64,000 nt of DNA, taken from positions 6,154 through 70,153 of the forward strand of contig JANQNP010000004.1 in the NCBI GenBank assembly GCA_028279505.1, read 5' to 3'. A model generated the notes under the pieces. It did no database searches, had not been told where the DNA came from, and saw nothing but the letters and a program-made list of their open reading frames with translations. This DNA comes from Dehalococcoidia bacterium. GTDB taxonomy: Bacteria > Chloroflexota > Dehalococcoidia > UBA2979. The translations under genes were made by a program, and so were the position numbers. Every line of letters begins with the position of its first letter. Position 1 is the first letter of the stretch. Of this stretch, positions 9,737 through 19,294 are shown piece after piece.

Positions 9737-11013
9737 TGGGCGGTCAGCGTAACCGAGACCGTTTCTGGCTGCAGTGCCTGCAACACCGCGCCGTCGGGCA
9801 CCGCTAGCTCGACAGCCACGTCGTGGATCCCCACCTCGAGGTTCGCGACATCGAGGATCAGCTCCAGGTCGCTCGCGGACAGCTCCGTAAGCAGCGGCAG
9901 CGGCCCGCTCAGCGTCACGTCGACGGTCTCGTTCGCCAGCTCCGCGGCGAGACCGTCGCCGAGCCCGACCACCGTCGGCGTCAGCGCGAACGTGAACGCG
10001 TCGTCGATCGGCGCGATCTGCACCACCACGGTGACGGTGCGACTGTCGGTCAGACTGAGCCCCTGAGGCACCTCGACGGTGACCGCTCGGGTCACGTCGG
10101 TCAGCTCACCGGTGATATCCACTGCGTCGAGCTGGATCGACAGCACCTGCTGGAACGCCTCGAGCGTCCCTTCAACCGTCACCGTCGCCGGCGACACCAC
10201 CACGTTCGTCACGCGATAGCCAGGAGCGGGCACGCCCTCGACGCTCGGCCAGAGCGTGAGCGCGCGGATCAGCGTGCTCCGCCGGATCTCGACGCTCACT
10301 CGCACCGTCGTCGGATCGATCGTCACCCCGCGGATCTCGCCGCCCCCCGCCCCTCGAGGCACGACCGTCACCGTCGGCTCAACGCCGCCGGTGAGCCCGG
10401 TGACGTTGATGTCCGCCACCGCCTCGCTCACCCGCCCCACGAGGGATTCCGGCCCCCGCACCGTGACCGTCGGCGTCTCCGACGACGTGTCACCGAGCTC
10501 GAAACCCAGCGGCAGCGGCCCGACCGGCTGCACCCGCACCGGCACCTCCACGGAGGTCAGGTCCTCGAGGTTCACGGTCACCCGCTCCGGCGTCACCTCG
10601 ACCACCCGCACCCCGCGCACGCCGTCCACGTCGACCTGCACCCGCACGTCCTGCTCCCGCGCGGTCAACCCAACGAGGTTCACGAACGCGCTGACCTCCG
10701 CCAGCCCCGCGTCGATCTCCTCCCACCGCTCCTCCGGAGCCGCGAGCGTGACCCGCACGCTCGGCAGCTGATTCGCCACCGCCAGGTCCGCCTCGACGTT
10801 CACGCTCTCCACGAGGATCGGCGTGCTGAACTCGTCCACCCGCGTCGGGTTCTCCTCCTCGGTCACGAACACCCAGAGACTCACCCCGAGCAGCGCCGAC
10901 AGCATCAGCAACCCCGGCGTGTTCCGGATCGTCCGCATCGAGCGCTGCCACGCATCGACCGTGATCTCCCACGTCTCGCGCAGCCGGCTCTCCGTCGACT
11001 CGAAGCGGCTCAC
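9733..11013 (-). CDS. cdaR: CdaR/YbbR-family diadenylate cyclase regulator
   Basis: N-terminal TM helix ending SLWVFV, repeated YbbR units (VTVRGPES, VTVEGT, VTLSGP); directly downstream of cdaA; GTG start inferred. Confidence 0.85.
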   Translation of the reverse strand: MSRFESTESRLRETWEITVDAWQRSMRTIRNTPGLLMLSALLGVSLWVFVTEEENPTRVDEFSTPILVESVNVEADLAVANQLPSVRVTLAAPEERWEEIDAGLAEVSAFVNLVGLTAREQDVRVQVDVDGVRGVRVVEVTPERVTVNLEDLTSVEVPVRVQPVGPLPLGFELGDTSSETPTVTVRGPESLVGRVSEAVADINVTGLTGGVEPTVTVVPRGAGGGEIRGVTIDPTTVRVSVEIRRSTLIRALTLWPSVEGVPAPGYRVTNVVVSPATVTVEGTLEAFQQVLSIQLDAVDITGELTDVTRAVTVEVPQGLSLTDSRTVTVVVQIAPIDDAFTFALTPTVVGLGDGLAAELANETVDVTLSGPLPLLTELSASDLELILDVANLEVGIHDVAVELAVPDGAVLQALQPETVSVTLTAQ

Positions 11014-11029
11014 CTGGCCGGCCCGCCGC

Positions 11030-11842
11030 TCACCCGCCGGCGCCCGCGGCCGTCGCCGGCTCCGCCGGCTCCTCGAACTCGAGGCCAAACAACCGGTGCA
11101 GCTGCCGGTCGAGCCGGCCCTCGTCCATGTCCGGCGCCATCCGCCCGTTCGACGCCAGCGAGGTCGTTCCACGCTCCTCGGAGACCACCACCACCACCGC
11201 GTCGGTCCGCTCCGCCATCCCGACCGCCGCCCGGTGGCGCATCCCGTAGTCGGCGGGCAGATCCGCCTCCGACAGCGGCAGCGTGCACCCCGCCGCGATC
11301 ACTCGGTCATCCCGAATCACCACCGCCCCGTCGTGCAGCGGCGAGTTGTGGTGGAAGATCGTCGCCAGCAGCTCCACGCTCAGCGTCGCGTTCGTCGGAA
11401 TCCCCGTGTCGATCACGTCCTGCAGCCCGGTCTCCCGCTCGAGGATGATCAACGCCCCAGTGTGCGACCGCGCGAGCCGCGTCGCCGCCCGCACCACGAT
11501 GTCGATCGCATCCCGGTGCTCGCGCCGCCCGAGCACCGACCGCAACCCGGTCCGCCCGAGGCGTTCCAGCGCCCGCCGGATCTCCGGCTGGAAGATCACC
11601 AGCACCGCGATCACCAGACCGGTCAGCGAGTTGCGGAGAATCCAGTTCAACATCCGTAGATCGAAGATCCGGCTGAGCACGAACGCGCCCAGCAGCAGCA
11701 CCGCAGCGCCGCGCAGCACCGTCATCGCCGTCGTGCCCTGGATCAGCAGCAGCAGCCAGTAGATCGCCAGCGACACGATCAGGATGTCGATCACCGCGGC
11801 GAGATCGATCCGCGCGAGTACGTCGCTGACGCCGTCCGGCAC
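11030..11842 (-). CDS. cdaA: Diadenylate cyclase CdaA (DacA)
   Basis: Three N-terminal TM helices, IFQPEIRRALE, SPLHDGA, GMRHRAA, VSEERG. Confidence 0.95.
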   Translation of the reverse strand: MPDGVSDVLARIDLAAVIDILIVSLAIYWLLLLIQGTTAMTVLRGAAVLLLGAFVLSRIFDLRMLNWILRNSLTGLVIAVLVIFQPEIRRALERLGRTGLRSVLGRREHRDAIDIVVRAATRLARSHTGALIILERETGLQDVIDTGIPTNATLSVELLATIFHHNSPLHDGAVVIRDDRVIAAGCTLPLSEADLPADYGMRHRAAVGMAERTDAVVVVVSEERGTTSLASNGRMAPDMDEGRLDRQLHRLFGLEFEEPAEPATAAGAGG

Positions 11843-11926
11843 TCCGCCTGCACTCCATTCGATCCGTCATCCGTGCGGATCTCGCCCACTCATGGGCGGC
11901 GGTCGGTCTGCCTCGGGCAGCGGTGG

Positions 11927-12877
11927 TTACGCCCCGGGCGTCGTCTCCGCCAGGATCAACGCTAGCAGCGCCTGCTGAGCGTGCATCCGGTTTTCCGCTT
12001 GGTCGAAGACGATCGAACGATCGGATTCGATGACCTCGTCACTGATCTCTTCGCCGCGGTGCGCCGGCAGGTCGTGCATCACGAGGGCGTCCGCCGGCGC
12101 CGAGGCCATCAGCGCCCCGTTGAGCTGGTACGGCTGGAAGTGCTCCTTGCGCCCCTCCAGCTCGTGCTCGTGCCCCATCGAGGCCCAGACATCCGTGTAC
12201 ACCACCGCCGCCTCGCGGACCGCCGCGTGCGCGTCGGTCGTCTGCGTGACGGTCCCCCCGCCATCGAGGGCGCCTGCCGTCTCGAGGTCGGCATCCAGCA
12301 GCGCGAAGTCAGGCGGCGTCGCGATCGTCAGGTGCAGCCCCGCCTTCACCGAGGCATAGGCCAGCGACCGCGCCACGTTGTTCCCGTCGCCGACGTACGT
12401 CCAGCGCACCCCGCGCAGGTCACCGAACCGCTCCCGAAGCGTCAGCAGATCCGCCAGCGCCTGGCACGGGTGCTCGTCCTCCGACAGCGCGTTCACGACC
12501 GGGATCGACGCGTGCTCGACCAGCTCCAGGATCGTCTCGTGCGCGTACGTCCGCGCCGCGATCCCGTGCACCATCCGCGACAGCACGCGCGCCACGTCCC
12601 GAACCGGCTCGCGATCCCCCATCTGGATCTCGTGCGGCGGCAACGCGATCGCGCCCCCGCCCAGCCGGCGCATCGCCATCTCGAACGAAACCCGCGTCCG
12701 CAACGAGGGCTTCTCGAACACCAGCGCCAGCGTCTTCCCGGCCAGCATCGGCCCGGCGCCGTCGCGCTTCATCCCCAGCGACACGTCCAACACGTGCGCC
12801 AGCTCCTCGGTCGAGAGGTCAAGGATCGAAGTAAGGTCGCGGCCCAACACGGGCGTGCTCCGGGGAGGTGCATGCAA
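11927..12877 (-). CDS. argF: Ornithine carbamoyltransferase
   Basis: FEKPSLRTRVSFE, HPCQALAD, GDGNNV, YTDVWASMG, HDLPAHRGEE, QAENRMH. Confidence 0.95.
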   Translation of the reverse strand: MHAPPRSTPVLGRDLTSILDLSTEELAHVLDVSLGMKRDGAGPMLAGKTLALVFEKPSLRTRVSFEMAMRRLGGGAIALPPHEIQMGDREPVRDVARVLSRMVHGIAARTYAHETILELVEHASIPVVNALSEDEHPCQALADLLTLRERFGDLRGVRWTYVGDGNNVARSLAYASVKAGLHLTIATPPDFALLDADLETAGALDGGGTVTQTTDAHAAVREAAVVYTDVWASMGHEHELEGRKEHFQPYQLNGALMASAPADALVMHDLPAHRGEEISDEVIESDRSIVFDQAENRMHAQQALLALILAETTPGA

Positions 12878-13073
12878 TCAGTGCTCGAACGTCGAGTATA
12901 AGGAGCGACCCCCGCTACCGCATCGGGAAGCCGCTGACACCGGATACGCCGCTAGCACCCCTCACCGATCGCCCCCCGCACCCGTTGGACGGCTGGGCCG
13001 ACGGGCAGCCGAACAGCAGCCGAGTTGGCCGGTGCCACCACCAACCGCGTGAGGTTGGAGGTAGAGTCGGGCC

Positions 13074-13823
13074 ATGCTCCGAACGGTCTTCGTCAGCGGA
13101 CCGCCGGCCGACGCGGTGGTCGACCTCGTCTCGGCGTTGGCCTGGCCCTTGGTGGCGGCGGGACTGCTGGTCTTTGTGGTTCGCGTCTTCAATCGGAACC
13201 GCGAGGCGATTGGGGAGCGGTTCCGCGCCTACGTGGAGAACCGGCCGATGCGATTCTCCGGCCCGGGGTTCACGTGGGAGACGATGAGCCGAGATCAGCA
13301 GGAAGTAGCCGAACTGACCGCCGATGTCAGGACCATCGCCGAGTTTGACCCGGAAGCGGAGCGTGCGATTCGTGAGGTGGTCGACGCGCGCTTGGTAGAG
13401 GCCATGGCTCCGCCGACAGCAACCGAACCCCGCGCCGACAACGCGCCTCAGCGTCCCTCTGAGACCGCGGTAGCTACCGAGACCATTCGACCGCCCTCGG
13501 CGCGCTTGTGCCCCACGCGGCCGCTCGACGTCACTCGTATCGCCTATCTGGTTGAGCAGTTGGTGCCACCCGGGGCGACGGCGGCCACACTCCTCAGCCT
13601 CCATGGTGACCGATTCGATTCCGGAACCCCCGCGGTTGTCGCGCTTGCCGCTCTCTCCAGCCAGCTCGAATGGGCGGAGCACCCCCCCCCAGAGTTCTTC
13701 GGGGAGGCTGTGATCGCCCTTGGAATCGATGACTCAGGAATTCCCTGGTACATCAAGCAAGTCAGGCGATGGGCGCGCGAGAACGACACTTCGTTCGTTG
13801 CGAGCTTCCGCGTCCAGCGGTGA
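13074..13823 (+). CDS. Hypothetical protein with N-terminal membrane anchor
   Basis: 249-aa ORF, hydrophobic segment LVSALAWPLVAAGLLVFVV; GGAGG and TAGAGT upstream; no family recognised. Confidence 0.6.
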   Translation: MLRTVFVSGPPADAVVDLVSALAWPLVAAGLLVFVVRVFNRNREAIGERFRAYVENRPMRFSGPGFTWETMSRDQQEVAELTADVRTIAEFDPEAERAIREVVDARLVEAMAPPTATEPRADNAPQRPSETAVATETIRPPSARLCPTRPLDVTRIAYLVEQLVPPGATAATLLSLHGDRFDSGTPAVVALAALSSQLEWAEHPPPEFFGEAVIALGIDDSGIPWYIKQVRRWARENDTSFVASFRVQR

Positions 13824-13953
13824 CGATCGGCGGCGTCTGCACCGACCTGGAGGCGCCGATCGCGCTGAGGCCCGACGCCGGCGAGCGAGACGCCGCCGGC
13901 GTCCACGTCCAGCACGCCCGCCACGATTGTCGGCAACCGCGCTGAGCCTCGAC

Positions 13954-15357
13954 CTAGGCGTCGACGATCGATTGGAATAGCACCCGCCTCCGCTCAGCAT
14001 CGGTATATGGGATCGATGACTCGTCGATCCCAAACTCGCGATAGATCCGACGCAGGAGCTCGAATGCAGTCCCGGCAGCGTCGCCAGCCCCCTCGACGCG
14101 AACATCGATCTCCGTTCGCTCGCCGACGAGCTCGTGGCTTTGCCCCCAGATCGCACGCCTGCCCCGGACGTCAGGATCACCCTCTGGAAGCTCCGACACG
14201 CCTTGGCGTGATAGCTGCCGGAAGCCCGCCCAGAAGCGACCTCGCAGCGGCGCTGCTGTCTCGGTACGGCCCAACACAGGCCCTGAGAAGAAGCGGCAGA
14301 ACTCGGTGACCAACTCGATCAAGGTGAGCGGATTCATGCGGTACGGCGAGCTGGTCTGCTCCATGGCCCAACCAAGGAAGTAGGAGCCCACCACCATCGT
14401 CGTCAGGCCATCGGCGCGGACCGAAAGAGAAAGGCCACCTGGACGTATCTTCCTGAGTGCGCCACCGGGCAGGACCTCCGCAGAGGTTCCGAAACCCAAG
14501 TTGAAGCCGCGCGGCCGGAGACTCGACGGGTCGATGAACTCCGGATAGAACCCAGCTTGACGACGGTCAAGCAGGTCTCTGATCTCGGAAGGCGACTCGG
14601 GCCAAGCCTGAAGGAACAGGTAGCTCGTATCCTCTACGCCCGCCGCCTCAACATCATCGGTGAGCCGCTCCCCTAGCTCGGCTGGCTCGACTACGTCGAC
14701 TTGCGTCTCCGCGGCGCGACCGCGATCTCTTCCCACGAGGAGTTCCAAGAGCGGGAGGTCATAGGTTCGCCGTTGATCCACCGCTCTTCGTGCACGCCGG
14801 CCCTCGCGGATAAGGTCGTGCAGGTACGATGGCTGAAGCCCAACGATGTCCCCATCGGCCTGGCGAACGAAGACACCGATGTGATTCGCGAGCACTTCAT
14901 CGCCCTCTTGCGACACACCCTCAGTGACTATGAAGTACTTCTCGCCCTCGTCCTGTCGCTCGACAAACAGCGACACGAGAGCCAAGCGCTCCTCATCGTC
15001 TAACGGCCACACCTTGCAGCTCACTTCTAGGTGCGGATAGACGTAGCGTTGGATGATCTTTCTGATCTGGTCGCAGTCAACCATTGCGAGCCTGACCGGG
15101 CTGATGCTCGCGGCGACATCGCTGGCCGTGCTGGCGTCGCGCTCTGTCTGAACCCCTATCACCAGGACCCCGCTGCCATAGTTGGCGATCGCCGAGATGT
15201 CCTTCGCTAGCTCGAGTTTCTGCCGGTGCTCCGCGAGCCGGTATGGGGCGCGCTTGAACTCAATCCAACCGGCCTCGGCCGTCCCCACGATCTTTGGCCA
15301 AGCTGAGGAATCCGGTCCCAAGACCGCGAAAAGCTCTTCGATAGTCGAAACTGCCAT
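13954..15357 (-). CDS. Schlafen/AlbA_2-domain protein with unknown C-terminal domain
   Basis: EAGWIEFK...ELAKDISAIANYGSGVLVIGV signature of AlbA_2; more A/T-ending codons than flanking genes. Confidence 0.8.
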   Translation of the reverse strand: MAVSTIEELFAVLGPDSSAWPKIVGTAEAGWIEFKRAPYRLAEHRQKLELAKDISAIANYGSGVLVIGVQTERDASTASDVAASISPVRLAMVDCDQIRKIIQRYVYPHLEVSCKVWPLDDEERLALVSLFVERQDEGEKYFIVTEGVSQEGDEVLANHIGVFVRQADGDIVGLQPSYLHDLIREGRRARRAVDQRRTYDLPLLELLVGRDRGRAAETQVDVVEPAELGERLTDDVEAAGVEDTSYLFLQAWPESPSEIRDLLDRRQAGFYPEFIDPSSLRPRGFNLGFGTSAEVLPGGALRKIRPGGLSLSVRADGLTTMVVGSYFLGWAMEQTSSPYRMNPLTLIELVTEFCRFFSGPVLGRTETAAPLRGRFWAGFRQLSRQGVSELPEGDPDVRGRRAIWGQSHELVGERTEIDVRVEGAGDAAGTAFELLRRIYREFGIDESSIPYTDAERRRVLFQSIVDA

Positions 15358-15510
15358 ATCACCCCCGCGGCGACGCTTCGGACGATCGCTGATCCGATGT
15401 TCAGGGTCTCAGTTCATCTCGGGTGAATGCGCTGTGACCTCGGTATCACTGACGTCGATACGTCCCGACTGCGGCCGCGCGCCTGTGATCGAGGCCGCCC
15501 ACTTGTGAGC

Positions 15511-15989
15511 CGTTGGCCGTCCTCCCCGTCCAGATCGCGGCCTTCGAGCGCGTCTCCATCGTCGCCGCCGCCAACGTCATCGTCGCCCGCTCTACGAGGC
15601 CACGGTGTTCGTCGCCGCCCTCGCCGCGCTCGCCGGAACCAACGAGGTCACCGCACCCGCCGCCCGACCGCTGATCACCTTTGTCCCCTCCGCCCTCATC
15701 TGGATCGTCGACCGACTCGCCGCCCTCCCCCGAGGCGAGTTCACCGTTCGGGCACCGCGCCTCTCGCCGGCGCACTCTGGTACGCCGGCGTCGCCGTCCT
15801 GATCGAGGACGGCGGCCCGCGCGTCCTCTTCGACACCGACCCGCCCGACGGCGCGGTCGCCTCGCGCTCCGACCCTAGGTCTGTCGCCTCGATGCCGTCC
15901 TCCTCAGCCACGCCGACCTCGACCACGTCGGCAGCCGCGCCACCGTCCTCGACCGCTTCCCGCCGGCCAGCCTCCTCGCCGCGAACGAC
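15511..15989 (+). pseudogene. comEC: Decayed partial second copy of comEC (internal segment)
   Basis: Aligns by eye to 17792-18079 joined to 18263-18456 of intact comEC, with substitutions, several frameshifts and a 183-bp internal deletion. Confidence 0.9.
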
Positions 15990-16078
15990 GCCGCAACAGG
16001 CATCTCGAATACCCTGACTGTCACCGCCATCTCCTCATTCTGACCGTCGCCTCATAGGATGCCGCAGGGGAGGCATCC

Positions 16079-16603
16079 GTGTTGCCGCGTCCGACCGTGC
16101 TCAACCTCGCCCTCATCGCCGCCATCGCGGTCGCGGCCACCATCCTCGTCGCCCGCCAGACCCCCTCCCGAGGCGTGGAGATCGTCCGAGGCACCCCACC
16201 CGCCGGCGTCGACCAGTTGCTCGTCAACGTCTCCGGTGCCGTCGCCGCCCCCGGCCTCGTCGAAGCCAAGCCAGGCGACCGCGTCGCCGACGTCGTCGAG
16301 CGCGCCGGCGGCCTCGCCGCCGACGCCGACCCGGCCGGCGTCAACCTCGCCCTCCGCATCCGCGACGAGGACCACATCCACGTCCCCCGCCTCGGCGAAG
16401 GCCCCCCGCTCCTCGACCTGAACACCGCCACCACCGAGGAACTCGAAGACCTCCCCGGAATCGGCCCCGTCTACGCCGCCCGCATCATCGAGGCACGAGC
16501 GATCCTCCCCTTCAGATCGAGCGACGAACTGCTCGAACGCGACCTGATCCCCGCCCGCACCTACGAGGGCATCCGAGACCTCGTCTCGGCGAGCGCCCCG
16601 TGA
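16079..16603 (+). CDS. comEA: Competence DNA-binding protein ComEA
   Basis: TM anchor, SLBB domain (VNVSGAVAAPG...VNLA), HhH domain (LDLNTATTEELEDLPGIGP); GGGGAGG RBS. Confidence 0.93.
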   Translation: MLPRPTVLNLALIAAIAVAATILVARQTPSRGVEIVRGTPPAGVDQLLVNVSGAVAAPGLVEAKPGDRVADVVERAGGLAADADPAGVNLALRIRDEDHIHVPRLGEGPPLLDLNTATTEELEDLPGIGPVYAARIIEARAILPFRSSDELLERDLIPARTYEGIRDLVSASAP

Positions 16604-18960
16604 CGCCTCTCAATGCCCCAGCGACGTCGCCCTACCCTCGCCTCCCGCGACTCCCGCTCCTCGCCGGCGCGTTCGTGGTCGGGATCGTCCTCGCCTCGCT
16701 CTTCGAGACCCCGTGGTGGGCCACCGCGATCGCCGCGCTGGCCCTCGTCGCCACCGCCGCCGCCCTGCGCCTCGCACCCCTCCGAGGTCCCCGACCCGCA
16801 GCCCCCGTCGCCCTCCTCGCCGTGCTCGCAGCGCTCCTCGTGCTCGGCCACCTACGGTTCGAGACGGCGGGCACTCCCACCTCCTCCCCGCTCGCCACCG
16901 CCCGAGGCGACCACACCGTCGTCGGCATCGTCCGCGACGACCCGCGCGTCCGCGGCCTCTACGCCCGCGTCGACCTCGAGGTCGAGCAACTCGACGGCCG
17001 CCTCGTCGAAGGTGGCGCCCGCATCACCATGTTCGCCCCGCTCGACCCGCTCGAGGCCGGCGACCGCCTCGAACTCCGTGTCGAACTGGAAGCGCCGCCG
17101 GAGCTCGAGGACTTTGACTACCCGGGCTACCTCGCGAGCCGCGGCATCTACGCCGTCGGCGGCTTCCCGGACTCCTGGCGCACCGTCGGCAAGCACGAGG
17201 ATGTATGGACCACCCTCCGTGCCACCCGACGCTGGGTGAACGCCAACATCGAGCGCACGCTCCCCGCGCCCGAATCCGCCCTCGCCGCCGGCGTCCTCGT
17301 CGGCGAGCGAGGAACGATGCCACCCGACCTCACCGAGGCCCTCCGCCAGACCGGCACCACCCACCTCGTCGTTGTCTCGGGCCAAAACGTCGCGCTGCTG
17401 CTCGGGATCGCGATCTCCGTCCTGACGCTCGCCATCCCAAGGCGCCGCGCCGCCCTCGCCCTGCTCTTCGCACTCCCCGCCTACGTCGCGCTGGTCGGCG
17501 CCGACCCGCCCGTCGTTCGCGCCGCCGTCATGGCCGTCGGCATCGTCATCGCCTCGGTGCTGGGCCGCCGCACACCCGGCTGGATCTACCTCACCTACGC
17601 CGTCGCCGTCATGCTCGCCCTCGACCCCGGCGTCGCCCGCGACGTCGCCTTCCAGCTCAGCGCCACCGCCACCGCCGGCGTCATGGTCGTCGCCCCCGCG
17701 CTCAGCTCGTTCACCCTGAGCCGCCTCGGCTGGCCCGAGGACGGCGGCCGCGCCACCGTCGTCGAACTCGCCGCCACCGCCACCGGCGCAACGCTCGCCG
17801 TCCTCCCGGTCCAGGTCGCCGCCTTCGAGCGCGTCTCCATCGTCGCCATCCCCGCCAACGTCATCGTCGCCCCGCTCTACGAGGCCACGGTCTTCGTCGC
17901 CGCCGTCGCCGCGCTCGCCGGAACCAACGAGGTCGCCGCACCCGCGGCCCGACCGCTGATCACCTTCGTCCCCTCAGCCTTCATCTGGATCGTGGAGCGC
18001 CTCGCCGCCCTCCCCGGAGGCGAGTTCACCGTCCGCGCGCCGCTGCTCGCCGGCGCGCTCTGGTACGCAGGCCTCGCCGCCGCCACCTGGTGGCTCGACC
18101 GCAACGGCGAACGACAGAACGCCCTCGAACCCACCGCCGGCACCTCGTTCGGCTGGGCCGCCGGCCTCGCCGTCGTCGCGATCGGCCTCTGGCTCGCCGT
18201 ACTCCAGCCACCCTCAGGCGACGCGCGCGTCACCTTCCTCGACGTCGGCCACGGCCTCGCCGTCCTGATCGAGGACGGCGGCCAGCGCGTCCTCTTCGAC
18301 ACCGGCCCACCCGACGGCGCCGTCGCCCTCGCACTCCCACCCGAGGTCGGCCGCCTCGACGCCGTCCTCCTCAGCCACACCGACCTCGACCACGTCGGTG
18401 GCCTCGCCACCGTCCTCGACCGCTTCCCCCCGGCCACCCTCCTCGCCGCCACCGACACCCTCGAGGAGATCGCCCGCCGCCTCCCCGCCGCCCAGTCGGT
18501 TCAGACGCAACCCTTCGACATCGGCGACCGCATCCACCTCACCGACCGGACCACCATCGAGGCCCTATCCCCGCCCGTCGCCGCCGGAACTCACACCCTC
18601 GACTCCGACAACGACGGCTCGATGGTCATCCTCATCACCGTCGGCGACCGCCGCATCCTCATCACCGCCGACATCGAGGAGGCGGCCGAACGATGGCTCG
18701 TCGACAGCGGCCACACCCTCGCGGCTGACGTCCTCCTCATCCCCCACCAAGGATCCAAGACCTCCTCCACCCCGGCCTTCCTCGAAGCGGTATCCCCCGC
18801 CGCAGCCGTCCTCTCCGCCAGCGCCACCAACCCCTACGGCCACCCCGCCGAGGAGGTCATGACCCGGTACGAGGGCATCCCGGTCTTCCGCACCGACCAC
18901 CACGGCAGCATCACCGTCACGAGCGACGGCGACCGCCTCTGGATTAGCACCGAGCGCTAG
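16600..18960 (+). CDS. comEC: DNA internalization competence protein ComEC/Rec2
   Basis: Competence domain (TGTTHLVVVSGQNV, PVVRAAVM, AFQLS) plus MBL domain (LDVGHG, SHTDLDHVGG, HQGSKTSS, NPYGHP); GTGA overlap with comEA. Confidence 0.95.
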   Translation: MTPLNAPATSPYPRLPRLPLLAGAFVVGIVLASLFETPWWATAIAALALVATAAALRLAPLRGPRPAAPVALLAVLAALLVLGHLRFETAGTPTSSPLATARGDHTVVGIVRDDPRVRGLYARVDLEVEQLDGRLVEGGARITMFAPLDPLEAGDRLELRVELEAPPELEDFDYPGYLASRGIYAVGGFPDSWRTVGKHEDVWTTLRATRRWVNANIERTLPAPESALAAGVLVGERGTMPPDLTEALRQTGTTHLVVVSGQNVALLLGIAISVLTLAIPRRRAALALLFALPAYVALVGADPPVVRAAVMAVGIVIASVLGRRTPGWIYLTYAVAVMLALDPGVARDVAFQLSATATAGVMVVAPALSSFTLSRLGWPEDGGRATVVELAATATGATLAVLPVQVAAFERVSIVAIPANVIVAPLYEATVFVAAVAALAGTNEVAAPAARPLITFVPSAFIWIVERLAALPGGEFTVRAPLLAGALWYAGLAAATWWLDRNGERQNALEPTAGTSFGWAAGLAVVAIGLWLAVLQPPSGDARVTFLDVGHGLAVLIEDGGQRVLFDTGPPDGAVALALPPEVGRLDAVLLSHTDLDHVGGLATVLDRFPPATLLAATDTLEEIARRLPAAQSVQTQPFDIGDRIHLTDRTTIEALSPPVAAGTHTLDSDNDGSMVILITVGDRRILITADIEEAAERWLVDSGHTLAADVLLIPHQGSKTSSTPAFLEAVSPAAAVLSASATNPYGHPAEEVMTRYEGIPVFRTDHHGSITVTSDGDRLWISTER

Positions 18961-19294
18961 ACGCAGCGATCCCGCCGGCGATCGCGGCTAGTTGAATGGA
19001 GTCCCCTGGACCCATTGACCACTCGGCATCTCTGCAACGTCGCCGCCGAGTTGGGAGGTGCGAAGGAAGACGACACCCTGCCGCGGAAGGCGTACGCGGT
19101 CGATCACAGCTTCGCGTAAGCCTCGCGGCTCGAATCGACAGCCAACTCCGATCGACAAGTCGGTCTCAGGCGATCCCAGGGATATTGGCTATCGGAGGAC
19201 CCGACACGGACCGGTGTACAGGCGTGGCGTTACCGAGGGACGCACCTGCTCCCGGTACCCACCGTTGCGCGGAAGCCGTGATATAACGACCGCG

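Noticed and set aside
12860-12905. ARG box at the argF start (TGATTGCATGCA on the minus strand)
   Set aside because: Poor match to the TGAAT-N4-ATTCA consensus and no tandem second box
15511-18456. comEC repeat pair as the template/variable repeats of a diversity-generating retroelement
   Set aside because: Differences are not adenine-specific, indels are frequent, and no reverse transcriptase is present in the window
19058-19294. 79-aa N-terminal extension of the beta-helix ORF
   Set aside because: Would bury the Tat signal; ATG 19295 places SRRSAL near the N-terminus and follows a -10-like element
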